In this document: positions 25,919-32,000 of the stretch, in pieces
How positions within the stretch are numbered: the first letter of the stretch is position 1
Layout of the letters: each line of letters opens with the position of its first letter
Source: Psychrobacter sp. HD31
Lineage (GTDB): Bacteria > Pseudomonadota > Gammaproteobacteria > Pseudomonadales > Moraxellaceae
DNA: 32,000 bases
Assembly: GCF_051097895.1 (NCBI RefSeq)
Contig: NZ_CP142525.1
Coordinates: forward strand, 870,001 to 902,000
Reading direction: 5' to 3'
Notes under the pieces: generated by a model
Databases searched by the model: none
What the model was told of the DNA's origin: nothing
The model's input: the letters and a program-made list of their open reading frames with translations, nothing else
Made by a program: the position numbers and the translations under genes

Positions 25919-26716
25919 ATGACCAAGCTTACTATTATGATTACCGGCGCTAGCCGTGGTATTGGGCTGGCGACGGCAAAAAAACTTGCTAAACAAGGGC
26001 ATAGTTTAGCACTGTTTGATATAGATACAGACACTTTAGGCAGTGCGTTAACCGATAAAGTTTTTAAAAAAGCGCATAAAGCCAAACGTATTGTACAAGG
26101 GCATTTAGATGTGACTAGCCCAGAAGATTGGGATAGCGCATTAGAACACACCGTAGAGCACCTTGGTGGTATTGATGTGCTCATTAATAACGCTGGCATT
26201 TTGGTATCTGGCGAACTACCCAAAACAGAGCTAGAACAACAGCTAAAACTGGTAGATATTAATTGTAATGGCGTGCTCATTGGTTGCCATAAAGCTGCCC
26301 AACGTTTAAAAGGCGATAAATACAGTAAAATTATTAATCTGTCATCTGCTTCTGCCATTTATGGGCAGTCAGAAATTGCACCCTACTCTGCAAGCAAGTT
26401 TTTTGTACGTGGTTTAACTGAAGCATTAAATATAGAATATGCTGCACTGGGTATTAAAGTGGTAGATGTGATGCCATTGTGGGTTAATAGTAACCTGACC
26501 AAAGGGGTTGAAGTAACCAGCATTAAACGCTTAGGCATTAACCTAAAACCAGAAGATGTGGCAAACACCATTAACAAGCTGGTAAGCAAACCCAATAATA
26601 GAGTCAACAAGCCACACTATGCGGTTGGTATGCCAGCTAAGTTGCTTAACAGTGTTGCTCAGGTTAGCCCAGAGTTTTTAGTGCGTAGTATTAATAAAAT
26701 GGTGGGTGTTAAATAG
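25919..26716 (+). CDS. SDR-family oxidoreductase
   Basis: It has TGASRGIG (TGxxxGxG), NNAG and the catalytic YSASK, on a classical short-chain dehydrogenase scaffold. Confidence 0.9.
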   Translation: MTKLTIMITGASRGIGLATAKKLAKQGHSLALFDIDTDTLGSALTDKVFKKAHKAKRIVQGHLDVTSPEDWDSALEHTVEHLGGIDVLINNAGILVSGELPKTELEQQLKLVDINCNGVLIGCHKAAQRLKGDKYSKIINLSSASAIYGQSEIAPYSASKFFVRGLTEALNIEYAALGIKVVDVMPLWVNSNLTKGVEVTSIKRLGINLKPEDVANTINKLVSKPNNRVNKPHYAVGMPAKLLNSVAQVSPEFLVRSINKMVGVK

Positions 26717-26790
26717 CCAAGGTAATATTAGTGAGTCGCACCGCTTGTTAATAGCATAACGGCTATCATCAAAAGTTATTATCAAAAAAC

Positions 26791-26820
26791 AAAAGCCTCA
26801 TTTAATTTTGAGGCTTTTTT
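26791..26820. terminator. Bidirectional terminator between the SDR gene and the beta-helix gene
   Basis: AAAAGCCTCA-TTTAATTT-TGAGGCTTTT forms a hairpin with flanking A-runs and T-runs. Confidence 0.65.
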
Positions 26821-26859
26821 ATTTAAAAAAATAGCAAACGCACATTAACGCTTACCAAA

Positions 26860-28218
26860 CTAATGTATAACCTGAGTTAATGGTTGGCTCGCTTTGGTTA
26901 TGGATATTTGCTCACTGATTGGTTTGCTGGCAGAAAAAACATTACCGATAATCTTTGTATTTTTAACAGCGCCACGCTCGGTTTGCTCTCTTATTTTTGA
27001 GCCAATCGAAATCGGATGCCCCATGGCTTTGCTAAAATCATTATCTTTAATTAAGGTGCCATCATCTTCTACCACCACGCTTTTATCAGCATTAACAAAA
27101 CGGTTGTTTATAATTTGATTATCCTTAGCACTGTCGTGATGATAACTTGTGGTGGCAGAGTCACTAATCACATATGCCCCACAGCCAAACCCTTTTAGGT
27201 TGCGTGATTGGCGTGCTGCAACCCATACGCCCACTGGTTCATCTAAAAATAAATTGTTTTTGATAATATTGTTTTTGCTAGATTGCGTACGCTTAAAATG
27301 GTTGCTGCGTGTTTTGTCATTGGCATGCTCAAAACAGTTGCGGTACAACAAAATCCCTCCTGCCCCATTATGGATAAATTGATTACCGGTAATAATGTTG
27401 CCTGCAGAGGAGTCAATCGCAATTGCCTCACGATTGGGTTTAAAAATACGAAAGCCGTTATCAACAAATACCGAGTCTTCCACACGATTGTGTTGTGTGC
27501 CAAACTCAAAATAAAGCCCTACCGTGCCCGATGCCCTGACTAACAGCTTGCTAAAATGCACATTGTGGCTATGGTCACCCACAAAAATGCCACTATTTTT
27601 TGAGCCATTTGAGCTAACATTAATAATGTTGATATCGTAAGGGGCAAAAACTTTATTATCTCTTGTGCTTGTCACCCCTTTTAAATATCGACTATTGGGG
27701 TTGGTATGCTGGCGGATATGTAAAGCATGCCCATACCCTTGCACATGACAATTGGCAACCGTGATGTTACTAATCGCCTTATTGGTTTTTGGGCGTATGG
27801 TGATGGCACTGGCATTATTAGTGTCTTTGCTATTTTGGCTTAGCTTAGCGCCTTGGCAATCAAGCGAGGTATTGCTGGTATCTAACAAAAATTTAACCGA
27901 CTTGCCCGTTAGGTCACATTGGGCAGAAAGTTTGGTATGCCCACTTACAGTAATTGTTTGCCCTTTTTTAATACCACTACAATTTATGGTTTTAGTAGCA
28001 CTAGGTATTTTGTTTGAGTTTACAACCCGTGTAAAACCAGCCTCGGTTTTTGTTTGCCCGTCATTCATTACAGAAACTTCTACAACGTCATTAATCATTT
28101 CTAACTGCGCCGGTGAGCAAGCGGTTAAGGCAAAAAAGCCAAGCATTGACATAAGCAAACCAGCTTGGCTTATCCGCAATTTATAACGGCTTTTAAGGCT
28201 GTCAAAATCAATTTGCAT
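26860..28218 (-). CDS. Right-handed parallel beta-helix repeat lipoprotein (NosD/CASH/pectate-lyase-like fold)
   Basis: It has an N-terminal lipobox (GFFALTAC). Short beta-helix coils recur, for example ISNITVANCHVQGYG, INIINVSSNGSKNSGIFVG, NRVEDSVFVDNGF, GNIITGNQFIHNGAGGILL, NNIIKNNLFLDEPVGVWV, DNQIINNRFVN and TKIIGNVF. The function is not assignable. Confidence 0.7.
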   Translation of the reverse strand: MQIDFDSLKSRYKLRISQAGLLMSMLGFFALTACSPAQLEMINDVVEVSVMNDGQTKTEAGFTRVVNSNKIPSATKTINCSGIKKGQTITVSGHTKLSAQCDLTGKSVKFLLDTSNTSLDCQGAKLSQNSKDTNNASAITIRPKTNKAISNITVANCHVQGYGHALHIRQHTNPNSRYLKGVTSTRDNKVFAPYDINIINVSSNGSKNSGIFVGDHSHNVHFSKLLVRASGTVGLYFEFGTQHNRVEDSVFVDNGFRIFKPNREAIAIDSSAGNIITGNQFIHNGAGGILLYRNCFEHANDKTRSNHFKRTQSSKNNIIKNNLFLDEPVGVWVAARQSRNLKGFGCGAYVISDSATTSYHHDSAKDNQIINNRFVNADKSVVVEDDGTLIKDNDFSKAMGHPISIGSKIREQTERGAVKNTKIIGNVFSASKPISEQISITKASQPLTQVIH

Positions 28219-28455
28219 CGTCGTATTTACCTAGTAATAGGTGTTGTAGGTATAGATAGTCGGTATAGTTGGCTGCAATCACTCAGCTTAAAGCAGATTT
28301 ATTTAAATGCAACATAGCGGATGTACGGTATAAACCAAACTAAAGCTTAGTCTATACCCTCTATGTGATACCGTTATCTGAGAAACTTGCAGATTATTGT
28401 AACAACCGCTCACTTAGTCAATTCAATGGTAGTATTTGTATAAGCTTACTCAGTT

Positions 28456-29493
28456 TTATACTGATATATCAATTTTGCCCCACGCATCAATAAGCGGCAA
28501 GGTTATCGCTGCCATTAAATCAATATGTGCAGCATCAACATTTAAGGCAGGGATATAATCATAATGTTTGCCACCTGCATTTAAAAAGTTATCACGGTTT
28601 TCTACAGCAAGCTCTTCTAGCGTTTCCAAACAGTCGGCAGAAAACGCAGGGCTAATGACCTGAACAGAGTCCACTCCTGCTTTACCCCATTCTTCTAACG
28701 TGACATCTGTATAAGGTTTTACCCACTCTTGCGCACCAAATCGAGATTGAAAACTACATTGCCATTCTTCATCGTGCAACCCTAGCCTATCTGCCAGCAG
28801 TTTTGCCGTTTGTCGGCATCGGTCGGCATACGGGTCGCCTTTATCCGCATAAGGTTGTGGGATGCCATGAAAACTCATCAAAAGTTTTTGTGGTTTACCA
28901 TGCTCTGCCTGAAAGGCTCGTACGCTTTCTGCCAACGCACGGATGTATGCTGGGTGGTTATAGTAATCTTTAATAATGGTGATGCCTGGCAAGTTACGGC
29001 GTGACTTTGTCCACTGGCTAATCGCATCATAAGCCGCTCCAGTAGAAGTCGAAGAATATTGCGGAAACAATGGCAAAATAATAAACTGCTCTACGCCTTC
29101 TGCTTGCAGCTGATCAAAGGTGTGTGTGATGCTGGGGTTGCCATAAGTCATGGCTCGGGTAACCACCACTTGCCCCTCGCCAACTCTTGCATCAATGCGT
29201 TGCTGTAACAAGCTGGCCTGTTTGTTTATCAAATGGCGGATGGGCGAGTCTGCTTTTTCATTCGTATCTCCGCCTACACCCCAAATTTCTTTATAGGCAA
29301 GTGCCACTCGTTTTGAGCGAATTGGCAATACAAACAGGTTTAAAATAATCTTCCAAATAAACATGGGGATTTCTATGACCCGAGTGTCTGATAAAAATTG
29401 ACGTAAATAACGACGCACGGCGGATGCGGTTGGCTCATCTGGTGTGCCTAAGTTAAGCAAAATAACCGCTGTTTTGTTTGATTGTTTGCTCAT
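28456..29493 (-). CDS. hemH: Ferrochelatase
   Basis: It has [13 protein letters not shown] at the N-terminus, [13 protein letters not shown], and FSFHGIP-like (MSFHGIP) and [11 protein letters not shown] motifs. Confidence 0.93.
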   Translation of the reverse strand: MSKQSNKTAVILLNLGTPDEPTASAVRRYLRQFLSDTRVIEIPMFIWKIILNLFVLPIRSKRVALAYKEIWGVGGDTNEKADSPIRHLINKQASLLQQRIDARVGEGQVVVTRAMTYGNPSITHTFDQLQAEGVEQFIILPLFPQYSSTSTGAAYDAISQWTKSRRNLPGITIIKDYYNHPAYIRALAESVRAFQAEHGKPQKLLMSFHGIPQPYADKGDPYADRCRQTAKLLADRLGLHDEEWQCSFQSRFGAQEWVKPYTDVTLEEWGKAGVDSVQVISPAFSADCLETLEELAVENRDNFLNAGGKHYDYIPALNVDAAHIDLMAAITLPLIDAWGKIDISV

Positions 29494-29705
29494 TTTTTTC
29501 TCTACATAATTATTGTCAACACTGATAATAGCCTATCATACTTGTTTTTTAAATGCTGATTTATCAATAGTAGATTAATTCCCACTATTTAACTCAACTT
29601 TATTTTATTTTGTTAATAAATATCATATAATAGAGGGTTGAAAAAATTTGATGAAGCACACATAAACCCAATAGCCATCGCATTACATTAGCCAAAGGTA
29701 AATTA

Positions 29706-31211
29706 ATGAGCACCACTACTCAAACCCAAGTTGTACAAAAATCAGAGCTACTTTGCCCAGCCGGTACGTTTAAAAACATGCAATACGCTTTTGCCTACGG
29801 CGCCGATGCCGTTTATGCAGGGCAAGCGCGTTACAGCCTGCGTGTACGTAATAACGACTTTGATGAAGAAAACCTACAAAAAGGCATTGATTACGCCCAT
29901 AGCCTTGGCAAAAAGTTTTATGTTGTGGTCAATATCCAAGCCCACAACGCCAAGCTAAAAACCTTTATTGAAGACATACGCCCAGTAATAGAGATGAAAC
30001 CAGATGCCTTGATTATGTCTGACGCTGGCATGATTATGATGGTAAGAGAGCACTTCCCGGAACAGGAGATTCATTTATCGGTACAGGCCAATGCCGTTAA
30101 CTGGGCAACCGCAAAGTTTTGGCATCAAATGGGTGTTAGCCGTGTCATTGTTTCTCGTGAACTGTCATTAAAAGAGATTGAACAAATTTGCCAAGAAGTC
30201 CCAGAAATGGAAATCGAAGTGTTTGTACATGGTGCTTTATGCATGGCTTATTCTGGTCGTTGCTTGTTATCTGGCTACATAAACAAACGTGATGCCAACC
30301 AAGGCACTTGTACCAATGCTTGCCGTTGGTCTTACAACACTTATAAAGCCGAAGAAAACGAAACAGGTGATATTGTCCCTGCTGAAAAAACAAATCAGCC
30401 TCAAACTTTTGATCCTTCTCAAAACACTAATCAAAAAATTGATACACAAACCATTGCAGAACCATCAGCCATTGAAGGCATGAATGATGACAATGCCAAC
30501 ACACCAATGATGAACCTAAATGGTGAACAAGTAATGGGCGACGATTATGTACAAAAGCCCAGTGACGAAGTGGTATTGCTAGAAGAACAAAACCGCCCTG
30601 GTGAGCTAATGGCAATGTATGAAGACGAGCATGGTACTTACATCATGAACTCAAAAGACTTGCGAGCGGTTGAGTTGGTTCCTGATTTGGTAAAAATGGG
30701 CGTGCATTCATTAAAAATCGAAGGGCGCACCAAGTCGCATTATTATGTGGCTCGTACTGCTCAGGTTTATCGTAAAGCCATTGATGATGCCTTGGCTGGT
30801 AAAGAGTTTGATACCAACCTTATCTCAGCACTTGATGGGTTAGCAAACCGAGGCTATACCGAGGGCTTTTTGCGTCGTCACGTGCATAGTGATTATCAAA
30901 CCTATGAATACGGCTCTTCAAAAACCGACCACCAGCAATTTGTCGCTGAAGTGATTGAGATAACAGATGCCCGTTTAACGCTTGAGATTAAAAACAAATT
31001 AGAAGTGGGTAACACCATTGAAATCATGACTCCAAAAGGTAATTTAACCTATAAACTAACTGAAATGTGGAACAAAAAAGGTGAAGCGATTGAAGCCGGT
31101 TTAGGCTCAGGCTGGATAGTACAAATCACCAACCCATTTAAAGAGATGGATAACGACATGTTGCAGTTTGCGTTGGTTATGAAAAACCTTGAAAAAGCAA
31201 TTTACACCTAA
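29706..31211 (+). CDS. Peptidase U32 family protein (YegQ/TrhP-like)
   Basis: It has ELLCPAG...GADAVYAG at the N-terminus and the U32 signature E.FVHGALCMAYSGRCLLS. It carries a low-complexity insertion of about 70 aa (ENETGD...QKPSDE) compared with the roughly 450-aa E. coli type. Confidence 0.88.
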   Translation: MSTTTQTQVVQKSELLCPAGTFKNMQYAFAYGADAVYAGQARYSLRVRNNDFDEENLQKGIDYAHSLGKKFYVVVNIQAHNAKLKTFIEDIRPVIEMKPDALIMSDAGMIMMVREHFPEQEIHLSVQANAVNWATAKFWHQMGVSRVIVSRELSLKEIEQICQEVPEMEIEVFVHGALCMAYSGRCLLSGYINKRDANQGTCTNACRWSYNTYKAEENETGDIVPAEKTNQPQTFDPSQNTNQKIDTQTIAEPSAIEGMNDDNANTPMMNLNGEQVMGDDYVQKPSDEVVLLEEQNRPGELMAMYEDEHGTYIMNSKDLRAVELVPDLVKMGVHSLKIEGRTKSHYYVARTAQVYRKAIDDALAGKEFDTNLISALDGLANRGYTEGFLRRHVHSDYQTYEYGSSKTDHQQFVAEVIEITDARLTLEIKNKLEVGNTIEIMTPKGNLTYKLTEMWNKKGEAIEAGLGSGWIVQITNPFKEMDNDMLQFALVMKNLEKAIYT

Positions 31212-31329
31212 TCTATGCGCCTATACTGTCAGTACAACAACGACTGTATATTATGATAGATTGAGATATTTTGCTAAACAGCGTAAAATACGCTCTTTTT
31301 AAACTCAAAATGAGGGAGTAGCTGCCGCC

Positions 31330-31653
31330 ATGACCTTTGTTGTAACCGATAACTGTATCAAATGTAAATACACCGACTGTGTAGAAGTTTGCCCTGTTGA
31401 TTGTTTTTATGAAGGACCAAACTTTTTAGTAATTCATCCAGATGAATGCATTGACTGTGCATTATGTGAGCCGGAGTGTCCTGCAAATGCTATTTTTTCT
31501 GAAGATGAAGTACCCGAAGGGCAAGAAGAATTTATTGACTTAAATGCAGAACTTGCTGAAGAGTGGGAAAACATCACAGAAATGAAAGATAAAATGCCAG
31601 AAGCCGATAAATGGGACGGTGTTGAAGGCAAGGTCCAGTATTTAGAGCGTTAA
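31330..31653 (+). CDS. fdxA: 7Fe ferredoxin (FdxA type)
   Basis: The sequence [29 protein letters not shown]...[12 protein letters not shown] gives the Cys spacing for [3Fe-4S] and [4Fe-4S] clusters. It is 107 aa. Confidence 0.93.
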   Translation: MTFVVTDNCIKCKYTDCVEVCPVDCFYEGPNFLVIHPDECIDCALCEPECPANAIFSEDEVPEGQEEFIDLNAELAEEWENITEMKDKMPEADKWDGVEGKVQYLER

Positions 31654-31710
31654 ACGTTGTTTTATTAACTTGTTATTTTTTAGCAAGCTAACTACAACTT
31701 TGCCTAAAAA

Positions 31711-31741
31711 AAACCTACTGCTTAAGAGTAGGTTTTTTTTT
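31711..31741. terminator. Bidirectional terminator between fdxA and the PHP-domain gene
   Basis: AAACCTACT-GCTTAAG-AGTAGGTTT forms a hairpin with an A-run on the left and a T-run on the right. Confidence 0.7.
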
Positions 31742-31749
31742 GCAAGTGT

Positions 31750-32000
31750 TTAAATAAACTGCTCCCAAACACCAACCTGCTCTGCTCCTTTTTTAGGCAC
31801 ATCTCCTAATCTGCGCCATGGCATACTCGCACCATGAAAATCACTGGCAACCGATACCATCAAATCATGCTGAGCAATGGCTCTATCTATCATTTGTCGT
31901 TTGCTAATAGGTTCACAAGTTGCTGGCAACTCACACGCATCGCCGCCCAGTTGTTTAAACGCCTCAATTAACTTACGCACTCGCGTGGCTGATAAATTAT
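31750..32000 (-). CDS. PHP-domain phosphoesterase (TrpH/YciV-like), C-terminal part; 5' end outside window
   Basis: The minus-strand frame stays open to the window edge (..NLSATRVRKLIEAF..). The C-terminal ASDFHG...LG...VGVWEQF matches the end of TrpH/YciV-type PHP proteins. The track's start at 31980 is an internal GTG. Confidence 0.7.
   Translation of the reverse strand, partial: NLSATRVRKLIEAFKQLGGDACELPATCEPISKRQMIDRAIAQHDLMVSVASDFHGASMPWRRLGDVPKKGAEQVGVWEQFI

Noticed and set aside
25903-26358. 151-aa minus-strand ORF overlapping the SDR gene
   Set aside because: It is fully antisense to a gene with clear SDR motifs. It is Ser/Leu/Cys-rich with no RBS or recognisable domain, so it is a shadow ORF.
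27752-28186. 144-aa plus-strand ORF inside the beta-helix gene
   Set aside because: It is antisense to a 452-aa ORF with coherent repeat architecture, and it is hydrophobic low-complexity. The same reasoning applies to the other short antisense ORFs in the track, such as 15520-15873, 17968-18276, 18957-19265 and 10836-11117.

Overview
The window is a chromosomal segment of a low-to-moderate-GC gammaproteobacterium. The gene set and the Q/N/T-rich insertions in conserved proteins suggest Moraxellaceae, but that is inference only. About 27 kb is ordinary housekeeping: a partial MFS exporter, mutM-relA, a DUF389 membrane protein, ompW, ttcA, queC, bcp, an MscS-family channel, rlmL, a crotonase, an OmpA-family lipoprotein and polA. 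After the islet come a DEAD-box helicase, mscL, an SDR, a beta-helix lipoprotein, hemH, a U32 peptidase, fdxA and a partial PHP/TrpH-like gene. The one accessory stretch is a visibly AT-rich islet of about 3.5 kb (about 19.87-23.3 kb) between polA plus a lipoprotein gene and the helicase. Read on the minus strand, it is an array of orphan toxin/immunity cassettes. It holds two intact barstar-family immunity genes, each preceded by a truncated barnase/RNase Sa-type toxin C-terminus. It also holds a short nuclease-like toxin fragment and two unknown small ORFs that may be immunity genes. These are interleaved with two families of GTAG-plus-hairpin REP elements, arranged as inverted doublets of about 134 bp (REPIN/MITE-like), and a decayed REP-associated tyrosine transposase (RAYT) gene. 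I found no full-length toxin, secretion system, integrase, tRNA, CRISPR array or IS element in the window. All calls come from reading the sequence and the supplied translations; no database search was run.
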